A program made the position numbers and the translations under genes. Of a DNA stretch of 64,000 nt, positions 46,325 through 56,497 are shown in pieces. How positions within the stretch are numbered: the stretch's first letter is position 1; every line of letters begins with the position of its first letter. Source of the stretch: Candidatus Krumholzibacteriota bacterium. GTDB taxonomy: Bacteria; Krumholzibacteriota; Krumholzibacteriia; LZORAL124-64-63. Below the pieces are notes generated by a model, which saw only the letters and a program-made list of their open reading frames with translations, ran no database searches and was not told the origin of the DNA. The stretch lies in the NCBI GenBank assembly GCA_024275485.1, contig JAJRZA010000033.1, forward strand, positions 26,487 to 90,486, read 5' to 3'.

Positions 46325-46939
46325 CTAGGCCTCCCCAACCCCCGGAAAAGCCAATGGCCCTTCCCGTAAGATTTGCGGTCGATCACCGCACAGATCCACC
46401 AGGGCGCTTGCCTGAACCCTTAAATTGAGGCGACCTTGCCAGCTCGGCGGCTGCCAGGCACCGTCAACCAATACACCAAAATCCCGCCAGGCCTCGTCCA
46501 TGACCAAAAGCGGGCTATCGCCTTGCCTGTTTACGCTGGTGGACACCAAAGGAACCCCCACATCCAAAATCAAACGGCACAAATCCTTGTTGTCCGGTAC
46601 TCGAATGGCTACGGTCCCGGTTCCAGCAGCAACCCGATCAGCCAACTTTGGTGCAGCCGGCAGGATCAAGGAAAAAGGCCCTGGCCAGCAACCTTCACAA
46701 ATTTCCTTCTGCCAGGGATTCCAGATTCCACCAATGGATTGAGCCTGCATCAAGGAACCAGCCAGCACCAGCAGAGGCCTGCCAGGATCCCGGCCTTTGA
46801 TTCCTATCACGCGGTCGACGGCCTCCTTGTCGTCGGCCCGGCAGTGAAACCCAGGCAAGGTGTCGGTGCCCAATAGCAAAACACCGCCCCGACTCAAAGC
46901 CGCAACGGTGTCTTTTGTTTCCAAAAAAGAAACACCCAA
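46325..46939 (-). CDS. L-threonylcarbamoyladenylate synthase (TsaC/YrdC/Sua5 family)
   Basis: The YrdC-type core reads LLLGTDTLPGFHCRADDKEAVDRVIGIKGRDPGRPLLVL. Confidence 0.7.
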   Translation of the reverse strand: MGVSFLETKDTVAALSRGGVLLLGTDTLPGFHCRADDKEAVDRVIGIKGRDPGRPLLVLAGSLMQAQSIGGIWNPWQKEICEGCWPGPFSLILPAAPKLADRVAAGTGTVAIRVPDNKDLCRLILDVGVPLVSTSVNRQGDSPLLVMDEAWRDFGVLVDGAWQPPSWQGRLNLRVQASALVDLCGDRPQILREGPLAFPGVGEA

Positions 46940-46941
46940 AA

Positions 46942-47487
46942 CTATCGCCCGCCCCTCGCAAGTTCCTTGCGGTAATCCTCAACGGCAGTGGCAACCTTGG
47001 CATCCTTCAGGGCCAATATGCGTGCTGCCAGGCAGGCCGCGTTGCGAGCACCCGCACTGCCCACCGCAACAGTGGCCACCGGAACTCCCGGTGGCATTTG
47101 CACGATGGACAACAAGGCATCCACACCCATCATGGGCCCCGACGCCACCGGCACCCCGATTACTGGTTTTCCGGTCATCGCTGCGATCACTCCCGGCAAG
47201 TGGGCAGCCATCCCGGCAGCGGCCACAAATATTTCAGTGCCACCTTTTTCGCTGGCAGTGATGATGCGTTTGAGCTTTTGGGGCTGACGGTGGGCAGAAG
47301 CAACCTCGACCCCATAACTCAGGCCAAAGCGATCCAGCAGGGAGTACATTCCTTCGATCACCGGCAGGTCGCTTTTGCTGCCCAGCACGATCACTACCCG
47401 GGGTGTCTTTTTGCTGGGTTTGCCAGAAGACTTGCGGGAAGACTTGCGGGAGGATTCAGCCATTTTACATCCCTCCGCTTTCGCCAA
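46942..47487 (-). CDS. purE: N5-carboxyaminoimidazole ribonucleotide mutase with a Lys/Ser-rich N-terminal extension
   Basis: Contains VVIVLGSKSDLP, AGMAAHLPGV and VIGVPV. Confidence 0.85.
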   Translation of the reverse strand: MAKAEGCKMAESSRKSSRKSSGKPSKKTPRVVIVLGSKSDLPVIEGMYSLLDRFGLSYGVEVASAHRQPQKLKRIITASEKGGTEIFVAAAGMAAHLPGVIAAMTGKPVIGVPVASGPMMGVDALLSIVQMPPGVPVATVAVGSAGARNAACLAARILALKDAKVATAVEDYRKELARGGR

Positions 47488-48790
47488 TGTCCCGACGATA
47501 AATCAAGCCTTCAAAATGAGTCTTTTCCAACAGGTTGTAAGCCACGTCCTTGGCCAATTCCAGTGTCATGCCGGTACCCACGGCACCTAACACCCGGCCA
47601 CCATTGGTCACTACCGCCCCATCTTCGGATACCGCCGTCCCGGCATGGATGACCCAACGATCATCACCCAGTTCCTTGGGCAAATCAATGGGCCGACCCT
47701 TGATGTACTGGCCGGGATAACCATCGGAAGCTCCCACAACCACCACCGCCTGGCGCATCCAGCTGGAAGCACCGGCACCGGGCCAATCCAAAGGAACCAC
47801 ATCTTCCACTTCGTGAATTCCCTGCAAAAAATCTCCCAGTTTCCCGATGGCCGTCTGATAACACATTTCCAGAAAGTCCGTACGCAATAATGGCAGAACA
47901 ACCTGGGTCTCAGGATCACCGAACCGGCAATTGAACTCCAGAACCTGGGGGCCTGATTCGGTCAACATCAGACCAACATACAAAACACCGCGGTACGGAA
48001 TATCGCGACGACGCAGCTCAGCCAGCACAGGCAGAACAATACGGGAATCGATTTCTGTGTACATGGATGGCGCGAGTTTGACCGGCGCAAAAGCCCCCAT
48101 CCCCCCAGTGTTGGGTCCGGTGTTACCCTCACCTATGCGCTTGTGGTCACGACTTGGCACCAGCAGGCAATAATCCTGGCCATCGGTGACAATCAAGATC
48201 GACAGTTCCGGTCCAAAAAGGCATTCCTCCATAAGAATGCGCAACCCAGCCACACCAAACTGCTGATCATCCAAACAGGCCCGGATGAACTCCTCGGCTT
48301 CGTTGCGGTTGCTGCAAACAGCCACACCTTTGCCCTGGGCTGCCCCACAGGCTTTGATCACCACAGGCAGGCTCACCGTATCAAGGTGCTTCAGGGCCGC
48401 ATGACTGCTGCTGAAGGCCTGATACCTGGCCGTGGGAACACCGGCGGAAGCCAGAACCTCTTTGCTGAATTCCTTATCACCCTCCAGCCTGGCCCCCATG
48501 GCACCAGGGCCAAAGACATTGAAATCGGCTTTGTGAAGGCGATCGGCCAGGCCTGCAATCAAGGGGTCTTCGGGGCCGATAATAACAAGGTCGATCTGAT
48601 TGGTTTTGCAAAATTCCACTACGGCTTCGGAGGCCATGATGTCCAGGTCCACGTTGGTAGCCAATTTGGAAGTTCCGGGATTGCCGGGTGCACAAAAGAT
48701 GCTGGGTTCCTGCTCGGAAAGGGCCAATTGCCGGACGATGGCATGCTCCCTTCCGCCGGATCCGATCACGAGAACTTTCCTGGACATGAG
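47465..48790 (-). CDS. purD: Phosphoribosylamine--glycine ligase
   Basis: The protein starts MSRKVLVIGSGGREHAI behind AGGAGG; ATP-grasp blocks are present. Confidence 0.9.
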   Translation of the reverse strand, partial: LMSRKVLVIGSGGREHAIVRQLALSEQEPSIFCAPGNPGTSKLATNVDLDIMASEAVVEFCKTNQIDLVIIGPEDPLIAGLADRLHKADFNVFGPGAMGARLEGDKEFSKEVLASAGVPTARYQAFSSSHAALKHLDTVSLPVVIKACGAAQGKGVAVCSNRNEAEEFIRACLDDQQFGVAGLRILMEECLFGPELSILIVTDGQDYCLLVPSRDHKRIGEGNTGPNTGGMGAFAPVKLAPSMYTEIDSRIVLPVLAELRRRDIPYRGVLYVGLMLTESGPQVLEFNCRFGDPETQVVLPLLRTDFLEMCYQTAIGKLGDFLQGIHEVEDVVPLDWPGAGASSWMRQAVVVVGASDGYPGQYIKGRPIDLPKELGDDRWVIHAGTAVSEDGAVVTNGGRVLGAVGTGMTLELAKDVAYNLLEKTHFEGLIYRRDIGESGGM

Positions 48791-48924
48791 GTTCCTCCTG
48801 AAAATCAGATTCAATCCTGAAAAATGGGGACAGACCATCCACCCCAGGTAAAGTAAATTTAAATCATTATGGGTATGGGGACAAGGTTTTCGCCCCGAAG
48901 TTTCGTCCAGAAAAAAAGTTTCAC

Positions 48925-49890
48925 TCAGAATTCGGACTTCACGATGCGTGTGCCGCCCTTGCCTTCCACCGAATTGAGGAATTCCTCCGGCGAGGTGATG
49001 ATCACTTCACGACCGCCACCGGCCAAAAAGGAAACCGCCGATTCGATTTTGGGTCCCATGCTGCCGGCGGGAAATTCTCCATCATCCAGCATTTGCAGGG
49101 CGCGATTCGCAGTCAGGATATCGAGAGCTTCCTGATCAGGCTGACCGAATCGGGCATACACCTGGTCAACCTGGGTGATGATCACCAGGGTATCGGCACC
49201 AATCAGGCGGCCCAAAAGGTCGCTGGCCCGGTCCTTGTCGATGACGGCATCCACACCTTCGAGTTCACCAGCATCGTTGAGGACGACCGGCACGCCCCCA
49301 CCACCAACGGCAATCACCAGCACGCCGGCATTGGCCAGAGCTTTGATGGCTTCGTACTCCACCACCTCAATGGGATGCGGACTGGGCACCACTCGACGCC
49401 ATCCCCGGCCGGCATCCCGGACCACTGTCCAACCTGTTTCGGCACTCACCTCACGGGCCTGATGTTCATCATAAAATGGGCCGATGGGTTTGGTTGGATG
49501 GCCAAAGGCCGGATCTGCAGGATCCACCCTGACCTGGGTAACCACGGAAACTACCGGATGTTCCAAGTCCGCTGCCTTGAGGGAGTTTTGTAGTGCCTGC
49601 TGCAGCATGAAGCCCAGCCCCCCCTGGCTGTCGGCTCCGCAAACAAACATTGGCATGGCTGGAATTCCATGCAGGGCCTGTCCCGCATCACCGCGCAGAA
49701 CGATGTTCCCCACCACGGGACCGTTGCCATGGGTCATGACAATCTCGTGTCCCTGGCCAGCCAGTATGGTCACCGTATCCATGGTTTTGCGGGTTATCGC
49801 CACCTGCTGTTCAAAGGTTCCTTCCAAACCCGCAGGCAGGATTGCGTTTCCACCCAGCGCAATAACGAAACGTCGTTTTTCCAAACTCAT
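48925..49890 (-). CDS. arcC: Carbamate kinase
   Basis: The N-terminus reads FVIALGGNA and the carbamate-kinase blocks VVTHGNGPQVG-like and VIAVGGGGVPV are present. Confidence 0.85.
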   Translation of the reverse strand: MSLEKRRFVIALGGNAILPAGLEGTFEQQVAITRKTMDTVTILAGQGHEIVMTHGNGPVVGNIVLRGDAGQALHGIPAMPMFVCGADSQGGLGFMLQQALQNSLKAADLEHPVVSVVTQVRVDPADPAFGHPTKPIGPFYDEHQAREVSAETGWTVVRDAGRGWRRVVPSPHPIEVVEYEAIKALANAGVLVIAVGGGGVPVVLNDAGELEGVDAVIDKDRASDLLGRLIGADTLVIITQVDQVYARFGQPDQEALDILTANRALQMLDDGEFPAGSMGPKIESAVSFLAGGGREVIITSPEEFLNSVEGKGGTRIVKSEF

Positions 49891-50155
49891 TCTTCGCAGA
49901 GCCTTTCTTGCTTCAACAACAAATCACCCAGATAGCCATCGCCGGCGGCAACTCCTTCGCCCAAGGGGGAAACGTAGACTGTCAAAAGGGTCAAGTCAAC
50001 CGCACCTGGGTGGTTGCTGGATAGTTCTTTCTATATAATTGATACCGGGTTTGGATTCTCCCAGCCGAATTAATCTTGACGCCAATCCCATATGTTAGAT
50101 ATTCCTGTCAATGTCAAGCCCTTCTATTTAAAACAAGGATGCAGGAAACCGGGCA

Positions 50156-51844
50156 ATGCTCAGTCATAAATTGAAACAGCTCGTCATACCTCAGTTGACC
50201 TGGGACATTGCTGCCGCATACCAAATTATTTTGTTGCCCTTGATAATTTTTCTCCGCCACAATGACTACCCCCTGCGATACACCGAATCCTTGATATGCA
50301 TTTTCCTGGTTTTTCTTGTTGGCATCTTCTGGGGAATGCTCATGTATTTGGGAGGCCAGTGGGGCCGGGTCCTGGTAACCACCTTTTTATTGGTTCTCCT
50401 GGTTGATATTCAAACAGGGTGGATCACCACGGTTGGTCTTCGCTTATTGATCAATGTAGTTGTTTTCGGAACCCTTTCCTGGCTGCTTAGAAAACGTTTA
50501 TCTCAGGTGCTGTCCCTTGTCTTTGCGGCAATGATCCTGGGAACCCTCATCCAACCTACGGGTCGCATGTTTCAAAAACAGGGAGATTTCCCCGGGCAAA
50601 GTGTCAGCACTGAACCTTTTTTATTACACGTGATTTTGGACGAATATTCCGCACCCGAGGCCTTGGATTTCCGATTTGATCTCGGTGGACAAGTTTCACA
50701 GGAGATTAAGTCTCTTTTCCTCGATCATGGTTTTACACTCTACAGCCGAGCCTACAGCAGGTTTTGCATTTCAAGAAATTCAATCCCGAATACGTTGAAC
50801 AGGGGCTTGCAAAAAGAACCCGCGGTTTATTGGAAGAATGGATTCCATGAAGGGTCTTTGCTGGAAAAAAATGAATGGTTTGATCACCTCATTGATCTTG
50901 GATATGACCTTCATGTCATCCAGTCAGACTATATCAAATTCGCTGGCCCGGAAGATAAGATCACAAGCACAATTTCATACAATCTTAATACCATCCACAG
51001 TTTGATCGGGCTCAACTTGGCCCCTGGGGAAAAGGTGCAGTTTATTTTTGGAACCTTTGCCCAATTATCCTGGTTTTTGGACCTGTTTCACCATGGGTAT
51101 TCCAACGTCAGTAGCGGGCCGATAGGTTCAATGTTACGATTTCCGGTTTTGGATGAATTGGGAAGTAATTTCAGCCCAATCTCCACCCTGCGAGCAATGG
51201 ATGAATTGGAAGTAATGGTGAAACAAGCTAAGCAGGGGCAGGCCATTTTCGCTCATTTGCTCATGCCACATTTTCCTTATGCATTTGAAAATGACTGCAC
51301 TGTGAAATCCCGACGTAGCAAGTGGTTAAACATTTCCAGCCCCCAAATGGCTCCGGACCGCAATGATTCCACCTCCCGAGCAATTCGCTATCCTAGCTAC
51401 CTGAGGCAAATCCAGTGCACCAACAAACGCCTGGAATTTTTATTCGAGGCCTTGGAAACGGCCGGAATATGGGATAATGCCCTTATTGTTATCCACGGCG
51501 ACCACGGTTCCCGTCTGACCCTTTCTCAACCTGACTACCCTAACGTCAATGAAATGAGTGAGACTGATTTTGCCGATGCATTCGGAACCCTTCTGGCCAT
51601 CAAATTCCCCCACGGAGTGGGGCATCTTGACCGTCGGTTTATACCTTTGACCGATGTCTTTGAAAATTTGTTTTTAAAGAAAGAACAAACCTGGCCTCCA
51701 GCCGAGTATATCCCGACCCCAAATATTCTAGAATCTCCCTGGGTTTTTCTCCGTGATGGAGAACAAATATTGAGACACACCCCCATGCCGCCTTTTGCCG
51801 GTGGCGCAGCGGAAAATGAGCTGCTTTCCGGAGAATCCCCTTGA
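50156..51844 (+). CDS. Membrane-anchored alkaline-phosphatase/sulfatase-superfamily protein (phosphoglycerol or phosphoethanolamine transferase-like); AT-richer than its surroundings
   Basis: Four N-terminal TM helices are followed by HVILDEYS and a C-terminal HGDHGS, the metal-binding signature of the sulfatase superfamily. Confidence 0.55.
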   Translation: MLSHKLKQLVIPQLTWDIAAAYQIILLPLIIFLRHNDYPLRYTESLICIFLVFLVGIFWGMLMYLGGQWGRVLVTTFLLVLLVDIQTGWITTVGLRLLINVVVFGTLSWLLRKRLSQVLSLVFAAMILGTLIQPTGRMFQKQGDFPGQSVSTEPFLLHVILDEYSAPEALDFRFDLGGQVSQEIKSLFLDHGFTLYSRAYSRFCISRNSIPNTLNRGLQKEPAVYWKNGFHEGSLLEKNEWFDHLIDLGYDLHVIQSDYIKFAGPEDKITSTISYNLNTIHSLIGLNLAPGEKVQFIFGTFAQLSWFLDLFHHGYSNVSSGPIGSMLRFPVLDELGSNFSPISTLRAMDELEVMVKQAKQGQAIFAHLLMPHFPYAFENDCTVKSRRSKWLNISSPQMAPDRNDSTSRAIRYPSYLRQIQCTNKRLEFLFEALETAGIWDNALIVIHGDHGSRLTLSQPDYPNVNEMSETDFADAFGTLLAIKFPHGVGHLDRRFIPLTDVFENLFLKKEQTWPPAEYIPTPNILESPWVFLRDGEQILRHTPMPPFAGGAAENELLSGESP

Positions 51845-52989
51845 TTTACCTGGACAACGCAGCCACATCCTTCCCCAAGCCCCTTTCAGTGGCTGAAGCC
51901 ATGGGAGACTTCCTGGCCAATGAAGCTGTCAATCCGGGCCGTTCAGGTTTCGATCTCAGTCTGAAGGCAGGCGCTCGCATTGATACCCTGCGCCACCGAT
52001 TGGCCCAATACTTCAACCACCCAACTCACGACCCCAACCGAGTGATATTCACAAACAACGCTACAGAAGCACTGAACATTGCCATCCAAGGTGTATGCAA
52101 CCCGGGTGACCACATTGTATCCTCCGTTCTGGAACACAACTCGGTGCTACGCCCTCTTTTTGAATTGCAAAAAGCAGGTATCAGCCATGACCTGGCTCCA
52201 TGTGATGAGCGTGGATTCGTTGACCCCGAATCCATTGAATCACTGTTAAAGCCCGAAACCAGGCTGGTAGTGATGACCCACGCCAGCAATGTCCTTGGTA
52301 CTGTTCAACAAGTTGGAAAGATTGGAGCCCTGTGCCAGTCCAAAGGAATTCTGTTTCTGTTGGATTCAGCCCAAACTGCCGGCGTAATTCCCGTCGACAT
52401 GGCTGCCATGGGAGCTGACATGTTGGTTTTCACCGGTCACAAAGGCCTTATGGGGCCCACGGGAACCGGAGGTCTGCTGGTAGCAGACAATATTGATATC
52501 AAGCCGACCAGATGGGGTGGCACTGGCGTGCGCTCGGTTGTGCGTGGTCATTTGGAAGAATATCCCTATCGTCTTGAAGCAGGGACCCTCAACACCGTGG
52601 GATTGGCGGGATTGGATGCCGGCCTTGATTGGCTTTTGACAAGTGAGGCGGGCGAAATCGAGACTGAACTCAGTGCTCATTTGTTGAAAGGCCTGGCGGA
52701 AATTCCTTCAATTCAGGTGGTGGGCCTGGAAAAAGGGGAAACGGATCTCGTCTCCGCCCACCGAACAACCGTTTTGTCCATCCTAATTGAAGGCACGAAC
52801 CCGGCCAAGGTGGGCATGTTCCTGGATGTGGAATGGGATATCGCCGTGCGCACAGGGCTGCAATGCGCCCCCTTGGTTCATGAAGCCATGGGCACTGCTG
52901 ATGGCGGAACCATTCGCATCAGCCCCGGCCCTTTCAACACCCTTCGGGAAATCGATACTCTCCTTGAAGCTCTGGTTTCTTTCAAATAA
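51841..52989 (+). CDS. Class V aminotransferase/cysteine desulfurase-family PLP enzyme
   Basis: A TTG start overlaps the upstream stop. Contains IYLDNAATS, FTGHKGLMGPTGTGGL (the PLP Lys region) and a C-terminal domain. Confidence 0.75.
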   Translation: MIYLDNAATSFPKPLSVAEAMGDFLANEAVNPGRSGFDLSLKAGARIDTLRHRLAQYFNHPTHDPNRVIFTNNATEALNIAIQGVCNPGDHIVSSVLEHNSVLRPLFELQKAGISHDLAPCDERGFVDPESIESLLKPETRLVVMTHASNVLGTVQQVGKIGALCQSKGILFLLDSAQTAGVIPVDMAAMGADMLVFTGHKGLMGPTGTGGLLVADNIDIKPTRWGGTGVRSVVRGHLEEYPYRLEAGTLNTVGLAGLDAGLDWLLTSEAGEIETELSAHLLKGLAEIPSIQVVGLEKGETDLVSAHRTTVLSILIEGTNPAKVGMFLDVEWDIAVRTGLQCAPLVHEAMGTADGGTIRISPGPFNTLREIDTLLEALVSFK

Positions 52990-53052
52990 TTCCTGAAGCG
53001 TGCCTTACCCAGCCCTGCGGTATTGCAAAGCGTTACAAACCTCGGACCTTGC

Positions 53053-53088
53053 AAAAAAAACCGAGCTGTTCCCATAGGATCAGCTCGG
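53053..53088 (-). terminator. Rho-independent terminator downstream of the OmpA-like gene; its hairpin also lies just downstream of the plus-strand aminotransferase gene
   Basis: On the minus strand the stem CCGAGCTG-N12-CAGCTCGG is followed by TTTTTTTT. Confidence 0.55.
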
Positions 53089-53119
53089 GGAAAATTCCCA
53101 ACAAAAAACCCAGCCTCGG

Positions 53120-53740
53120 CTACTCGGCCTTGTAAAGAACAAAGCGTACCCGACGGTTCTCTCTTCGTCCTTCGTCAGTATCGTTGTATGCGATGGCTCT
53201 GAAAGGACCAAAACTGACGGCAGCAAAGCGTTCGGGGTCCAGGCCCATCTGCCCGGTCATGTAACGCACCACGGCAGCGGCCCGAAAAGCTCCCAACTCC
53301 CAGTTCGAAGGCCAGTACTCCTGGTACTCTTCCTTGATCTTGCGGTTGTCGGTGTAACCTTCCACATACACATCCCAGGTGGGGTGGTTGCGGATGGTGC
53401 TGGCAATCCCCTCCAGCGCAGGCACCATGGTATCAAGGACGATGATACCGCTGCTGACAAAGCTCAGCTGATCCGACACGGTAATCATGACCACTTCTTC
53501 ATTCTCTTCGATCAGGACGGCATTGTCGGCTTTGCAGTCTTCCAGGTTACCGGTCAATTCTTCTACGATCTGGTTGCGTTCGGCGATCACAGCTTCGTCA
53601 TTGGCGATTTCCTTTTGCAACTCTTCGATCTGGGCATCCAGCTGCATAATTTGCTCTTCGTATTCCTTGCAGGAACAACCAGCCACGACTACCAGAGCCA
53701 CCAGCATTCCCAACATGGCCATTTTGCGGAAGTTTAACAT
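53120..53740 (-). CDS. OmpA/MotB-domain lipoprotein with a coiled-coil segment
   Basis: The lipoprotein signal MLNFRKMAMLGMLVALVVVAGC is present and the C-terminal OmpA-like fold contains NRRVRFVL. Confidence 0.75.
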   Translation of the reverse strand: MLNFRKMAMLGMLVALVVVAGCSCKEYEEQIMQLDAQIEELQKEIANDEAVIAERNQIVEELTGNLEDCKADNAVLIEENEEVVMITVSDQLSFVSSGIIVLDTMVPALEGIASTIRNHPTWDVYVEGYTDNRKIKEEYQEYWPSNWELGAFRAAAVVRYMTGQMGLDPERFAAVSFGPFRAIAYNDTDEGRRENRRVRFVLYKAE

Positions 53741-53918
53741 TTTTCCACTCCTTTGATGGGCTTGCGCCCGGTTGACCTCGCTCCAGGTTAGTCCCGGATG
53801 ATGGACGCACCTGATGGGTGAATCATGGAGCATCCTTGATCCAGACCAAACTTAATTCACGTCAGAGTAGCCACAGGGGACTCCACTTCTCAAGTTATTT
53901 CTACAATAAAATACCACC

Positions 53919-54590
53919 CTATTCAAATTTGTTCAGGTCCTGGTCCCTCCCGATGACCTCCATTTTATCCCCAGACTGAAAAACCAGCTCCCCATCGGGC
54001 AAGGGAAGCTTGATTTCAAGCGGCTTTTCCCCCTGTTCGGCTTCGCCAAGACGTATCACCTGAATGATATTCAGATGATGCTCGTTCAGGACATTCAACT
54101 GACCCACGCTTTGCCCGACCCAATCATCAAGAACCTTGATCGTGCGCAGGCTGAAACCTACCGGCAGTTCCACAAAATCAACCACCGATTCGTGGATCAG
54201 GTGCCGGGCCAGATGCACACCTACGTCCTCTTCGGGCTTGATCACCCGATCCGCTCCCACCATGCGCAGCACATCGGCCTGGTCTTCGTTCAGAGCTTTG
54301 GCGCACACCAGGGGAACTCCCAGCTCGTGACAATGCATGGTCACCAGAACACTGGCCTCAAAATTACTGCCGATGGCCACCACCACCGCGTCCATTTTCC
54401 CAATGCTGCGGCTTTCCAGCAAATTGGCATTGGTGGCGTCGAAACTTTCGGCTTCGTCAACATCCTGAACTATTTCATTGACCTTGTTCAGGATGCGGTC
54501 GACAGCCAGAACTTCGGCTCCCTGACGGTTCAACTCCCTGGCCACGGCCTGGCCAAAACGGCCCAGTCCCAAAACAGCGACTTTCAACAT
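53919..54590 (-). CDS. trkA: Trk/Ktr potassium uptake NAD-binding subunit
   Basis: The Rossmann motif VAVLGLGRFGQAVA is followed by a TrkA_C domain. Confidence 0.85.
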   Translation of the reverse strand: MLKVAVLGLGRFGQAVARELNRQGAEVLAVDRILNKVNEIVQDVDEAESFDATNANLLESRSIGKMDAVVVAIGSNFEASVLVTMHCHELGVPLVCAKALNEDQADVLRMVGADRVIKPEEDVGVHLARHLIHESVVDFVELPVGFSLRTIKVLDDWVGQSVGQLNVLNEHHLNIIQVIRLGEAEQGEKPLEIKLPLPDGELVFQSGDKMEVIGRDQDLNKFE

Positions 54591-54614
54591 CTTACATCAC
54601 ACCTTTCAACACTC

Positions 54615-56378
54615 TCAACCTATGAGGATCCGGCCTTTGGCGAAGCGGATCCGGGGTTCGGCCAAACGGCCTACCAGACTGGCCGCCAGAGTCAGGGGAC
54701 CCAGTCGTCCCACGAACATCAAAACGATGACCAGCAGTTTGCCCACTGGAGAAAGCAGGCCGGTCATGCCCAGGGAGAGCCCAACGGTTCCCAGGGCGGA
54801 AAAGACTTCGAATACGGTGGTCAAAAGTTCCTGTCCTTCAGTGATCAGAAGAATAAAAATGGCCACCGCTGCAATCACCAATCCGGACGATAGCACCAAC
54901 ATGCTGCGCTGCACCTGGACCTGTTCAATTTCCCAGCGGCCCAAACGCACCTTCGTCAGTCCGGAACCAACCGACCGGATGTTGGCCCAGACAATGGCCA
55001 GAGCGGTAACCTTCACTCCGCCGGCGGTGCTGCCGGGAGCTCCACCGATGAACATCAGGATGATCATCAGGAAAAGGGACGCCGGGGTCAGGAGATTCAA
55101 ATCCATGCTGTTGAATCCAGCAGTGCGACAGGTGGCCGATTGGAAGAATGCCTGACTCAGCTTCATGGCCACCGATTGACCGGCCAGGCTGTGGTTCCAT
55201 TCCAGCATGGTGATCAGTGTTGCACCGCCAAACAACAGGGCTGCCGAAACACCCAGTACTACCCGAGAGTGCAGGTCCAGACGAAGTCGTTTGTTGCGAC
55301 GATCCATAAGACGACCGCGCATCCAGCCCAACAACTGAAGAATCACTCCAAAGCCAAGCCCACCTAAAACCAGCAAGCCGGTGATTGATCCCACCACAAG
55401 GGGTTGTTCTGCCAAATCCATCAGAGACCGGGAGTAGAGGCTGAAACCCGAATTGCAGAAAGCGCTGATGGAGTGGAACAAGGCCTGAAAGGCCCGGGGT
55501 GTATGCGCAAGATGGGCCCCTTCCAAGCCACGATATAAAATGACCGCCCCAAGCAGTTCAATGCTCACGGTCATCAGAATAATGAAGCGCACCATGCGCC
55601 CCACTTCGGCCATCATGGGCACCTGGAACACCTCTCGCAACAAACTGCTCTCCCGTACACCGATTCCCCTGCCCAACAAGAGGCTCAATGCCGCGGTCAG
55701 TGACATGATCCCCAAACCACCCAGTTGGATGAGCACCAGAATGACCGTTTGTCCGAAGGTGGAAAACCCCGTGCCTGTATCCCTGACAACCAGACCGGTA
55801 ACACAAACAGCGCTGGAAGACGTGAACAGGGCATCCAGGAAATGGATGGGTTGCTCGGCCGGTGTGGCCCTCGGCAGCATCAACAGACCGGTGCCGAAGA
55901 AGATCAGCACCACGAAGACCAGAACAAAAGCCACCGCCGGACGAACCCGCCAGCGTGCAAAACGTTGCTGCATGTGGGGTAGTTGCACGGCAAACACCGA
56001 TGCAATATACACTTGGATGACCAAGAGGTAGGCATTGGTCAGATCGCTGGCGTGGACTTTGTTCATAACCGTTGCCAACCAAGTGGATTCACGCCCCAGC
56101 ATAACTCCAATTATTTCCAAAACCAGCAACACGGACAGTGAAAAGGTTGGCCAGCGCTCGTTCAGATAAATCCTGAACTGCCCCAGATGACGCCAGGAAA
56201 GGACCTGTTCCACCAAAAAAAGAACCACTGCACAAAAACTAAAGAAACGGGCCACCAGAAGCCCGGTGTCACCCGGGTAGGTGCCGTGTTCCAAGAGGAT
56301 GCCGGTCAAACCGCACAAGCCAGCTACGGCCAGGACTCCCCTTCGCCTTCGGTGGTACTCAAGTTTGGGCTGGTTCAC
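54615..56378 (-). CDS. trkH: Trk-type potassium uptake membrane subunit (TrkH/KtrB) with an N-terminal extension
   Basis: A polytopic protein with repeated GLG/GFG selectivity-filter-like motifs, adjacent to trkA. Confidence 0.8.
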   Translation of the reverse strand: MNQPKLEYHRRRRGVLAVAGLCGLTGILLEHGTYPGDTGLLVARFFSFCAVVLFLVEQVLSWRHLGQFRIYLNERWPTFSLSVLLVLEIIGVMLGRESTWLATVMNKVHASDLTNAYLLVIQVYIASVFAVQLPHMQQRFARWRVRPAVAFVLVFVVLIFFGTGLLMLPRATPAEQPIHFLDALFTSSSAVCVTGLVVRDTGTGFSTFGQTVILVLIQLGGLGIMSLTAALSLLLGRGIGVRESSLLREVFQVPMMAEVGRMVRFIILMTVSIELLGAVILYRGLEGAHLAHTPRAFQALFHSISAFCNSGFSLYSRSLMDLAEQPLVVGSITGLLVLGGLGFGVILQLLGWMRGRLMDRRNKRLRLDLHSRVVLGVSAALLFGGATLITMLEWNHSLAGQSVAMKLSQAFFQSATCRTAGFNSMDLNLLTPASLFLMIILMFIGGAPGSTAGGVKVTALAIVWANIRSVGSGLTKVRLGRWEIEQVQVQRSMLVLSSGLVIAAVAIFILLITEGQELLTTVFEVFSALGTVGLSLGMTGLLSPVGKLLVIVLMFVGRLGPLTLAASLVGRLAEPRIRFAKGRILIG

Positions 56379-56497
56379 AAAAACTCAGGTCCCTTGAAAA
56401 AACAGTAAACTCCGGGCTAAAAAAGTACGATAACCCAGAATGAAGATGAGTGTTCGTGGGAATCATCCACCCAACAGCCGAAAGATTCAACACAGGA

